From Chiloscyllium plagiosum (lineage: Eukaryota), in assembly GCF_004010195.1 (NCBI RefSeq), contig NC_057750.1, forward strand, positions 2,858,112 through 2,922,111: 64,000 nt of DNA, given 5' to 3'. Below, piece after piece: positions 1 to 10,646 of this stretch (its first letter is position 1; every line of letters starts with the position of its first letter). The position numbers and the translations under genes are program-made. The notes beneath the pieces are model-generated. The model did no database searches and had not been told where the DNA came from. It worked only from the letters and a program-made list of their open reading frames with translations.

Positions 1-652
1 AGAGATGCACTGGAGACCACAGAGACGCACTGGGGACCACACAGAGATGTACTGGAGACCACAGAGATGCACTGGGGACCACACAGAGATGCACTGGAGA
101 CCACAGAGATGCACTGGAGACCACAGAGATGCACTGGAGACCACACTGAGATGCACTGGAGACCACAGGGATGTACTGGGGACCACACAGAGACGTACCG
201 GGGACCACACAGAGATGTACCGGGGACCACAGAGAGATGCACTGGAGACCACAGAGACATACTGGGGACCACAGAGATGTACTTGGGACCACAGAGATGC
301 ACTGGGGACCACACAGAGACGCACTGGGTAACACAGAGATGCACTGAGGACCACACAGAGACGCACTGGGTAACACAGAGATGTACTGGGGACCACACAG
401 AGATGCACTGGGAACCACAGAGATGCACTGGGGACCACACAGAGACGCACTGGGTAACACAGAGATGTACTGGGGACCACACAGAGATGCACTGGAGACC
501 ACAGAGAGATGCACTGGGAACCACACAGAGATGCACTGGGGACCACACAGAGACGCACTGGGTAACACAGAGATGCACTGAGGACCACACAGAGACACAC
601 TGGGGAACACAGAGATGTACTGGGGACCACACAGAGATGCACTGGAGACCAC
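1..652. repeat. Minisatellite, ~21-23 bp unit (cacagagatgcactgg(a/g)gacca); runs off the window start
   Basis: Direct tandem repetition visible; the periodic ORFs 5..331, 67..735 and 381..581 are by-products. Confidence 0.95.
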
Positions 653-774
653 GCTATGTGGAGGCTAACACACAGAGGATTCATGACTTCCTCAGGCCCT
701 GTGAACACTGTACCCACCATGTTTCGACAGTTTGATATGACTCAGCATTGTTAAATAAAATGTTTTCCACCAGA

Positions 775-2240
775 TTAAGCTCATTCACAAACTCAGTGTG
801 TCCTCAAAGGTTTCACCACTGATATTTTAAAGTCACTGTTTCCATGTAGAAAGTGAAGCAGACGATTGTACACAGCAAGATCCCGTTACTAGTTTGTTGA
901 TGTTTATTGAGGTCAGAACATTGAGCCAGCGAACCCTCCCACCCTTCGTGTCAAGACTGGATCTCCCTCCAACAATACTGTCTCTCCGACAGTACTGACC
1001 CTCTGACAGTGCGGCACTCCCTCAGCACTGACCCTCTGACAGTGCGGCACTCCCTCAGTACTGACCCTCTGACAGTGCGGCATTCCCTCAGCACTGACCC
1101 TCTGACAGTGCGACACTCCCTCAGCACTGACCCTCCGACAGTGCGGCATTCCCTCAGCACTGACCCTCTGACAGTGCGACACTCCCTCAGCACTGACCCT
1201 CCGACAGTGCGGCATTCCCTCAGCACTGACCCTCTGACAGTGCGACACTCCCTCAGCACTGACCCTCCGGCAGTGTGGCACTCACTCTGCACTGACCCTC
1301 CGACAGTGCAGCGTTCCCTCAGCACTGACTTCCGACAGTGCGGCATTCCCTCAACACTGACCTCCGACAGTGCGGCGGTCCCTCAGCACTGACCCTCTGA
1401 CAGTGTGGCACTCCCTCAGCACTGGCCCTCTGAGAGTGCGGCACTCCCTCAGCACTGACCCTCCGATAGTGTGACACTCCCTCATCACTGACCCTCCGGC
1501 AGTGTGGCACTCACTCTGCACTGACCCTCCGACAGTGCAGCGTTCCCTCAGCACTGACTTCCGACAGTGCGGCATTCCCTCAACACTGACCTCCACAGTG
1601 CAGCACTCCCTCAGCACTGACTCTCTGACAGTGCAGCACTCCCTCAGCACTGGCCCTCTGACAGTGTAGCATTCCCTCAGCACTGATCCTCTGACAGTGC
1701 GGCACTCCCTCAGCATTGACCCTCTGACAGTGCAGCATTCCCTCAGCACTGATTCTCTGATAGTGCGACACTCCCTCAGCACTGACTCTCCGACAGTGCG
1801 GCGCTCCCTCAGTACTGACCGTCTGAGAGTGCGGCACTCCCTCAGCACTGACCCTCCGACAGGTGGCACTCCCTCATCACTGACCCTCCGACAGTGCGGC
1901 ATTCCCTCAACACTGACCCTCCGACAGTGCGGCATTCCCTCAACACTGACCTCCGACAGTGCGGCGGTCCCTCAGCACTGACCCTCTGACAGTGTGGCAC
2001 TCCCTCAGCACTGGCCCTCTGACAGTGTAGCATTCCCTCAGCACTGACTCTCTGACAGTGTAGTATTCCCTCAGCACTGATCCTCTGAAAGTGCGGCACT
2101 CCCTCAGCACTGACACTTCGACAGTGCGGCACTCTAAGTATTGAACTACAAGTGACTACATAAGTAAAGTGTTTAAGTGTCTCGAGTGGGAATTGAGCAT
2201 GGGAATATCAGATACAGAGGAGAGAGCACTACCCACTGTT
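775..2240 (-). mobile_element. tRNA-derived shark SINE (Deu-domain/SacSINE1-like) split by an internal minisatellite expansion
   Basis: Reverse complement of ~2140-2240 gives a tRNA-like head (cagtgggtagtgctctc...tcaattcccactcgaga). Reverse complement of ~775-985 gives the typical 3' part (gggatcttgctgtgtacaa...ctacatggaaacagtgact). Family assignment is from recalled consensus. Confidence 0.6.
985..2133. repeat. 33-bp minisatellite (cactccctcagcactgaccctctgacagtgcgg)n with higher-order variant blocks
   Basis: About 35 tandem units; 11-aa periodicity in the overlapping ORFs. Confidence 0.97.
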
Positions 2241-2689
2241 GCTCTGGTACAGACCAGTCACCCATCCTGTATTCTGTCAGATTGTGACATTGGAGAGGGA
2301 TGTGGAGATCTCTGTAACAGTGAAGACTTTATTTTTGATTAAGGCAGAGTCGAGTGTGACATCTGGGTGTTGGGTATGTCACTGTCTCAGTCTGTGGCTA
2401 GATTTAGATGCTACAGAACACAAGCTCTGTCTGTGTTCACTCAATGGCTGTCTGAAAATGATACTGCCACAGACCCAGCCCATCCTATGGGATCTCCCTT
2501 GGTAACAGGTGGACAGCTGACCTCTGTGACCATTCACATTTTACTGAACCTCTCAGTCTGTGCCAAACACACTCATACTGACACCACCCCATCCAATCCC
2601 CCTAGTCCGCAGACTGTCAGTGATACACCATGTTGTAGGTGTACACTTTTAAAACACAATAATTCCCGCTCCATTCCCCAATGTTGTAA

Positions 2690-2793
2690 TCTATGTGTGT
2701 GTGTGTGTGTCTATCTGTCTGTCTGTGTGCGTATGTATGTGTCTCTATGTGTGTGTGTCTATGCATCTGTGGGTTGGGTCTGTGTGTGTGTCT
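2690..2793. repeat. Degenerate (TG)n microsatellite abutting an assembly gap
   Basis: Direct; N-run 2794-3293 follows. Confidence 0.9.
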
Positions 2794-3989
2794 NNNNNNN
2801 NNNNNNNNNNNNNNNNNNNNNNNNNNNNNNNNNNNNNNNNNNNNNNNNNNNNNNNNNNNNNNNNNNNNNNNNNNNNNNNNNNNNNNNNNNNNNNNNNNNN
2901 NNNNNNNNNNNNNNNNNNNNNNNNNNNNNNNNNNNNNNNNNNNNNNNNNNNNNNNNNNNNNNNNNNNNNNNNNNNNNNNNNNNNNNNNNNNNNNNNNNNN
3001 NNNNNNNNNNNNNNNNNNNNNNNNNNNNNNNNNNNNNNNNNNNNNNNNNNNNNNNNNNNNNNNNNNNNNNNNNNNNNNNNNNNNNNNNNNNNNNNNNNNN
3101 NNNNNNNNNNNNNNNNNNNNNNNNNNNNNNNNNNNNNNNNNNNNNNNNNNNNNNNNNNNNNNNNNNNNNNNNNNNNNNNNNNNNNNNNNNNNNNNNNNNN
3201 NNNNNNNNNNNNNNNNNNNNNNNNNNNNNNNNNNNNNNNNNNNNNNNNNNNNNNNNNNNNNNNNNNNNNNNNNNNNNNNNNNNNNNNNNNNNNGGTTTAA
3301 ACCCCACTAGGACATTTGAGTTCAAAGCATTAATAAATTCAGTTCGTTACAACTCTGACATGTATATCTGGCCTTGGTGATGTGAAAAGATTGCTTCTTT
3401 AAACATTTAGCTCTCTGATGTCCTTAGGGAAGAGAATCTTACCCAGTGGCTGAGAGTCACAGCAATGTACTTGGCTTTTAACTATCTTTAAAGTTGCACA
3501 GCAAGCCACTGAGTCCAAGGTAAATTAAGGATTGGAAATAAATGCTGGACTGCTCACCGACACTTCCATCTCATGAATAAATAAGCAAACAATGTGTTTA
3601 AGCTTCAGTGGGAGTTACAAGAATAATGGAACATTTGAACTTTTTAACCGGCCCATTCCATCGTGAGCAGGCCGATTCAGGAAACCTGCAATTGAATAAT
3701 AGAATTTGCGTCAAAATCGAACTATATATAGAAGATGCTTGCTTTGAATTTTAAGGGAGGAAAATTACTAGTTTGCCAGATAACACAGGTCATTGCACTC
3801 AGAATCCTTATCAGATGAGCTGTGAGCAGGAATAGAAGGAGAATATATTAGAGAAGAAAAGAATTTCTGAAGAAGTCATGCTGGACTTGAATCATTAACT
3901 CTGTTTCTCCATCCACAGATGCTGCCAGACCCGTGGAATTTCTTCAGTATTCTCTCGGCTTGTGGATGAATTGAACTTAGCTCCCATCA

Positions 3990-4860
3990 GCCCTGATTGT
4001 GCCGGAGGACTTTTTGTTCACTATTGGGGCATAGCCATTGCTGGTTGGACCGACATTTATTGCCCGTCCCTAATTGCCCCTTGAGAAGGTGGTAATGAGC
4101 TGCCTTCTTGAACAGCTGCAACCACCTACTGTGGGTTAACCCACAATGCCTCGAGGGAGGGAATTCCAGGATTTTAACCCAGCGACAGTAAAGAAACGAT
4201 GATATATTTTCCATGTCAGGATGGTGAGTGGCTCGGAGGAGAAGGTACGTTCCCATGTATCTGCTGCCGTTTTGGGTGCAGGTTTGCTCGCTGAGCTACA
4301 AGGTTCATTTCCAGATATTTCATTACCTTACTAGGTAACATCTTCAGTGGGCCTCAGGCGAAGCAATGCTGAAAATTCCTGATTTCTATTTATATGTTTG
4401 GAACATATATGTTCCATAATGTTTATATGTTCCTGCTGCTCTTGTCCTTCTCAATGGAAAAATGTTCATGGATTTGGAAGGTGTTGTCAAAGGATCTTAG
4501 GTGAACTTCTGCAGTGCATCTTATAGATGGTACACTCTGCTACTCCTGAGTATCGGTGGCGGAGGGAGAGGATATGGTGCCAATCAAGCCGGAGCTGTTC
4601 TGTCCTGGATGATGTTGAGCTTCTTGAGCATTGTTGGAGCTGTACCCATCCAGGGGCAAGTGGGGAGTATTCCATCACACTCCTGACTTGTGCCTTGTAG
4701 ATGGTGGACAGGCTTTGAGGAGTCAGGAGGTGAGTTACTCACTGCAGGATTCCCAGCCCCTGATTTGTTCTTGTAACTACTGTATTTATGCGGTGAATGT
4801 AGTTGAGTTTCTCATCAATTGTAACTCCCAGGATGTTGATAGTGAGGGATTGGTCTTCAC
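3990..4860 (-). mobile_element. 3' fragment of a CR1/L2-clade LINE, interrupted by a Poseidon pLTR fragment (~4270-4400)
   Basis: Minus-strand remnants of the RT C-terminus (MEYSPLA...); same family as 15255-16290. Confidence 0.7.
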
Positions 4861-6133
4861 TCTCTGAAACACACTTTGGAATGTCATGGGATTGTAAAAG
4901 GGTGCTTTGTCATTGTTATTTGCTGACGTTACTAACAAATTAAAAAATCATAACAAGCCATTTAATTGGCAGCAAAAACAGTTTGACTGATCACGGTCAG
5001 GAGCTGAGCACGTGAATCCTTATTGAGCTGGTATCAACTTGTACACATCGTAGTGAAATTGTTGCTGAAATCGCCACTGTCGCCCCTTTAGAGCTTTTCG
5101 TGAAATGTTTCAGATGTTAAATATATTCCCAAATGACACCTTGAGTACTTTTAAGAAACAGCTGAAAGTTCAGTTTAATCCTCTAGTAATTTTATTGCGG
5201 GTAGCTGTTTCGATGACAGGGTACAGTACAGCGGTATGTCTATGCCAGTGTATTGCTGTGTCTAAACTCTCTTGTCCAATGGCATTATCCAACCCCTTCC
5301 CCACAGCCTGTAATATTCCTTTTTATCCATCAATTTACTTTTAAAAACCCTTATGGTTATGTTTCACAAGTTTTTAGCTGAGATTTGAACATTCTAATCA
5401 CCTGTAAAGTACGTTCCTTGTATTACTCATCTTCAGTCATTTTCTCTCCAATCTGCATATTTTTTCCATCTCATACGGTCCATCAGGATTTGAGGGTGAC
5501 TTTCTCCCAGTGGGTCTTGAGTTGACTAACATTCTAATGCTGGATCCACGGGTGCAGTGGGTGGTGGGGGATGCTCACCTTTTCATACTCTCCCTCCATT
5601 TTTGCACTTTTTCCTCAAGTTGGAGGTCTCTCGGAGACCCTTGAGATGTTCAGCACCTTTGTAGCTGCTCCTTCGCCAGTGCAGACTGACCCGGTCTATT
5701 TTTGCAACTGAGCTGACCTCTACCACACCTGCACCAACTGGGTTGGCGAGGGTACACTCTTTCATATCTCAGTCCAGGCATGTTCCAAGCTTCTCAACCA
5801 CAAGCTTCCCAGCTACACTGAGCAAATACTTTGAGTTTCTTTGAGCTCCAGCTCTTAGCTGCAGCAGGGGGCCATCAATAGTTCCAAATGGGGAATGAAT
5901 TATAAATGAAGGGAATGTTTTACTGCAGCTTCACTGGGTGCTGGGGAGATCACATCTGAAGAATGTGTACAGTTTTGGTGTCCTTATTGGGGAAAAAAAT
6001 GATACATCTGTTTGAGAAGCAATTTAGAGAAGATTCATGTGACTCATTCCTGCAGGGAAGGATTTATGTTAAAAATTGAACAGGTTGGGCCTGTATCCAT
6101 TTGAACTCAAGGTGATCTTATTGAAACGTACAA

Positions 6134-6517
6134 TGACGTGGAGGTGCCTTTGTTGGACTGGGTTGGACAAAGTTAAAAATCACACAACACCAGGTTTATT
6201 TGGAAGTCCATTCACAGTGTATTTCTGCAGTGCATCTTATAGATGGTACACTCTGCTACTCCTGAGTATCGGTGGCGGAGGGAGAGGATATGGTGCCAAT
6301 CAAGTGGGAGCTGTTCTGTCCTGGATGATGTTGAGTTTCTTGAGCATTGTTGGAGCTGTCCCCATCCAGGGGCAAGTGGGGAGTATTCCATCACACTCCT
6401 GACTTGTCCAACAGGTTTATTTTGAAGTTACCTGATGAAGGAGCAGCACTCCGAAAGCTAGTACTCCAAATAAACCTGTTAGACTGTAACCTAGTGCTGT
6501 GTGATTTTTTTAACTTT
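6134..6517. mobile_element. Palindromic short PLE insertion (family 2) carrying a 185-bp captured local fragment
   Basis: Inverted arms aagttaaaaatcacaca / tgtgattttttttaacttt; hammerhead core ctgatga-aggagcagcactcc-gaaagcta at ~6432-6460; degenerate TSD gaaacgtacaa/aaaatgtataa (6123-6133, 6518-6528). Confidence 0.75.
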
Positions 6518-6699
6518 AAAATGTATAAGATCTTGATGGGACTGGACAGCGTGGCTACCTGGGGATGGTGTTTCCACTTATGGAGGAGATTAAAACTAGG
6601 GGTCATAGTTTAACAGTATGAGGTCACCCCTTTAGGATGGAGACAAAGAGTCTCTCAGAGGGTCATTGAAATGTGGAATCCTTTCCCTAGAGCAAGGAG

Positions 6700-7770
6700 T
6701 CTCAGAGTCATACAGCACGGAAACAGACCCTTAGGTCCAACCAGTCCATGCTGACCATGTTCCCAAAATAAACTAGTCCTATCTGCCTGCTCCTGTCCCA
6801 TATCCCTCCAAGTCTTTCCTATTCATGTACCTATCCAAATATCTTTTAAATGTTGTAACTGTACCTGCAGCCACCATATCCTCTGGGAGTTCATTCCTCA
6901 CATAGAGTCATAGAGATGTACATTACGGAAGCAGACCCTTCGGTCCAACCTGTCCATGCCAACCAGAAATCCCAACTCAATCTAGTCCCACCTGCCAGCA
7001 CCCGGCCCATATCCCTCCAAACCTTCTTATTCATATACCCATCCAAATGCCTCTTAAATGTTGCAATACTAGCCTCCACCACTTCCTCTGGCAACTCATT
7101 CCATACACGAACCACCTTCTGTATGAAAACGTTGCCCCTTAGGTCTCTTTTATATCTTTCCCCTCTCACCCTAAACCTATGCCCTCCAGTTCTGGACTCC
7201 CCGACCCCAGGGAAAAGACTTTGCCTATTTACCCAATCCATGCCCCTCATAATTTTGTAAACCTCTATAAGGACACCCCTCAGCCTCCAACGCTCCAGGG
7301 AAAATAGCCCCAGCCTGTTCAGCCTCTCCCTATAGCTCAAATCCTCCAACCCTGGCAACATCCTTGTAAATCTTTTCTGAACCCTTTCAAGTTTCACAAC
7401 ATTTTTCCAATAGGAAGGAGACCAGAACTGCACACAATATTCCAACAGTGGCCTAACCAACATTCCGTACAGCCGCAACATGACCTCCCAACTCCTTACT
7501 ACATGAAACACTCTATGTAAAAGTGTTGGCTCTCATGTCTTTTTAAAATCTTTCTCCACTCACCTTAAAAATATGCCCTCCAGTTTTGAACTCCCCCATT
7601 TTAGGGAAAAAGACCCTGTTATTCACCTTATCTATACTCTGACAAATGTTATAAACCTCTTTAAGGTCTCCCTTCAGCATCCTACACTCCAGTGTAAAAA
7701 GTCCCAGCCTCTCCTTAGAACTCAAACACTCCATTCCCAGCAATATTCTGGCATATCCTTTGTGACCTAA
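6700..7770 (-). mobile_element. Nested CR1 LINE 3' fragments (young copy ~6901-7500)
   Basis: ORF 6891..7511: LVRPLLEYCVQFWSP...LERVQKRFTRMLPGL; (ctctatga)n-type 3' tail. Confidence 0.9.
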
Positions 7771-8929
7771 CATAGTGGAAGCTGAGCCTTTCAATTCATT
7801 CAAGGTTGAGTTAGAGAGAGCTTTGATAGACAAAGGAATCTAGAGTTGAGGGTGGAGGTAGAGTGGGGTCTGGGGCAGAGGTGCGAGGACTGCAGAACCA
7901 AAAGGTGGAGCAGAAATCTAAATAGGGTCTTCATCATCATCTTATTGAATGGTGGAGAAAATACACTGTGAATGGCATCTTCCTGCTGCTAATCCAATGT
8001 TCCTTTCACTCATGGGGGCTTCAGGAACCCCAGACTGCTCAGTTACACGGAACCAACTCTCCTCTCTCCTCCCACTAAGCTGCTGTTCACTCTGACTCTT
8101 GGACAGATCTATGTGATCTTTAACATCTCCCAAAAGGAGCCAACCCCTGCTTTAAGGTAGAATATGATGTAGTTGAGTTGGATACATTCTGTGGATTAAA
8201 TATTACAATCTCTCATCAATCAAATGTCACACCTATAGTTGCTAGGGATATAAACATACAAATAAAAGCAAAAATCCAAAAGAATACTCATTCTGTCCTA
8301 GTATCGAGTGAGTAAACCTATTCTGTTTTTTTTTACTGAATGCCATTGTTAGCCCTTTGAGAGTGAAGTGTTTGTTTTGGTTTTGTTTACTGGCGATTCC
8401 CTCGGGTTGTGATAAATTAACTTTGAACAGCCTCCCTTATTGGGAACTGGATTGGAATTGGATTTTGTAAAAGAAATTCACAGGATGTGTGTGGGAGTGG
8501 GGATCGCTGGCTAAGCCAACATTTATTGTCAAGCCCAAGAGCTATTGAGGTGGGTTGGTGTCACTGATATTTTGGCCTGATGCTGACCACCAGGTGCACT
8601 GTGCTGTCAGCAAGGGAGTTCCTGAAGTTTGACCCAACAACAGTGAAGGAACTGAGTCAGAATATTAGATGAGGGCTGGGGTCTAATCCCTGTGCAGCTA
8701 TTGTCCTTGTACCTCCAGGTGGTGAAGGTCATCAGATCATGTATGCCATTAGAAGGCAGCCCAGCCATTCAACCCATCATCTCTATGCTGGTTCCACCTT
8801 TCCATCATCACAGCCCTGCAAGTTCCTATCCAATTTCCTCTCCAAATCATGGGTTGTTTCCATTTGTGCCTCTCTTGTAAGGCAGCAATTTTCCAGGTTA
8901 TAACCACTTGTGCTATAAAAACATTCTTA

Positions 8930-9235
8930 TGTTAGATTCCCTATAGTATGGAAACAGGCCTTTTGGCCCAATAAGTCCACAACTGACCCTCCAAAGAGTA
9001 ACCCACCCAGCCCTGATCCCCTACTCTATGTTTACCCCTGACTAATGCACCTAACATTATGGGCAATTTAGCATAGCCAATTTACCTGGCTTGCACATCT
9101 TTGGATCGTGGGAGGAAACCCACACAGACACAGGGAGAACATGCAAACTCCACACAGTCACCTGAGGTGGGAATTGAACCCAGCTCCTTGGCACAGGGAG
9201 GCAGCAGTGCTAATTACTGAGCCACCGTGCCACCC
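8930..9235 (-). mobile_element. V-SINE (HE1-like)
   Basis: Reverse complement has the tRNA head ggcacggtggctcagt...ttcaattccc and V-domain tgtgtggagtttgcatgttctccc. Confidence 0.85.
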
Positions 9236-10344
9236 CAACCCTCTTCCTCAGAACCCACATCCACCTCTTGGTTGAAACCTTAAACCTGTTTCCCCTAGTC
9301 CTTGTATCATCTGCTGTACCGTCAATGGGAACAAATAGCCTTTTGTCACTTATCAAAACTTGTCACAGCCTTGTACACCTCTATCGAATCGAATCTCAAT
9401 CTCCTTTGCCCTAGGGAGAACAATTGGAACTTCTCCCACCTTGTCTCTTGGTCCTTGCACATTCTTTGGAACAGTGCCATTAAATCCCTTACCCTTCTGA
9501 GGATCACAGGGTTGGAAGGAGCCTTGCTGAGTTGAGGCAAGTGTATCTTGTCGATGGTGCCCACTGCTGCTAATATGCACTGTTGATGGCGAGACTGGTG
9601 CCAATCAAGCAGGCACTTTTGCCCTTTATTCAAAAATGGAAACAGAAAGCAGGAAGTGATAAGCCAGGCAGGACAGGCCAGGCTTATATCCAATGGAATT
9701 TAGATAGGTAAGAGTTATCTTGATTAAAACGGAGCCTGACTGGGTAAGTGTGAAGAGTGGTTCCTTTGGTAGGAGAATGTGGAATTGAGGTGGTGGGGGT
9801 GTGGGCTGGTCACTGTTTCAAAATAAGGAGTCTCCCATTTAAGAAAGAGACGATATAAAAAACATTCTCAAACAGTTGTGCGTCTTTGAAAATTTCTTTC
9901 TCATAAGATGATGGAGGCAGAATCTTTGAATACTGTTAAGGCAGAGATCAATATATCCTTGATATATAAGAGGGTGAATGGGAATGTGGAGGTCTCATCA
10001 GCCATGATCCTATTGAATGGCAGAGCAGGCTGGAGGGGCCGAGTGGCCTTTTCCTGCTCCTAATTTGTTTGTCTATAGGTGCAGGATAGTGTTGAGTAGT
10101 AGAGGAGTAACAAGATACAAGGAATATATATTGAGCAGCAAGCTATTGAAAAAAAGAGTGGCTCAGTGGTTAGCCCTGCTGCCTCACAGCACCAGGGACC
10201 TGCGTTCAATTCCAACCTCCAGCCATGGTCTGTGTGGAGTTTGCACATTCTCCCTGTGTCTGCATGGGTTTCTTTTGGGTGCTCCGGTTTCCTCCCACAA
10301 TCTAAAAATGTGCAGGTCAGGTAAATTGACTATGCTAAATTGCT

Positions 10345-10560
10345 GAAAATGTGTTGCTGGAAAAGTGCAGCAGGTCAGGCAGCATCCAAGGAGCAGGAGA
10401 ATCGATGTTTCAGGCAAGAGCCCTTCTTCAGGATTCCTGAAGAAGGGCTCATGCCCGAAACGTCGATTCTCCTGTTCCTTGGATGCTGCCTGACCTGTTG
10501 CACTTTTCCAGCAACACATTTTCAGCTCTGATCTCCAGCATCTGCAGTCCTCACTTTCTC
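10345..10560. mobile_element. Palindromic short PLE insertion (family 1)
   Basis: ~90-bp inverted arms centred at 10434, plus a 34-nt extra tail on the right arm; TSD ctatgctaaattgct at 10330-10344 and 10561-10575. Confidence 0.88.
10434..10468 (+). ncRNA. Minimal type I hammerhead ribozyme motif (PLE-type)
   Basis: CTGAAGA-A-GGGC(TCAT)GCCC-GAA-ACGT-C; palindromic ACGT replaces helix III. Confidence 0.75.
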
Positions 10561-10646
10561 CTATGCTAAATTGCTCCAGGTTATCCAGGAATGTGCAGGT
10601 TAGGTGGGATAACCATGGTTAAAAACTCCATGGGTGTGTGTGGTAA

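Noticed and set aside
1..2133. Long periodic ORFs and a CRISPR-like appearance
   Set aside because: Pure tandem minisatellites with no unique spacers, in eukaryotic context; ORFs open in several frames on both strands
2367..3380. Long ORFs containing X runs (also 11905-12975 and 26364-27067)
   Set aside because: Artefacts of N gaps
10345..10560. Interpreting the palindromes as MITEs/DNA transposons or miRNA genes
   Set aside because: TSDs are long and variable, the arms are asymmetric and carry hammerheads, and the same arm ends GIY-YIG-coding PLE fragments
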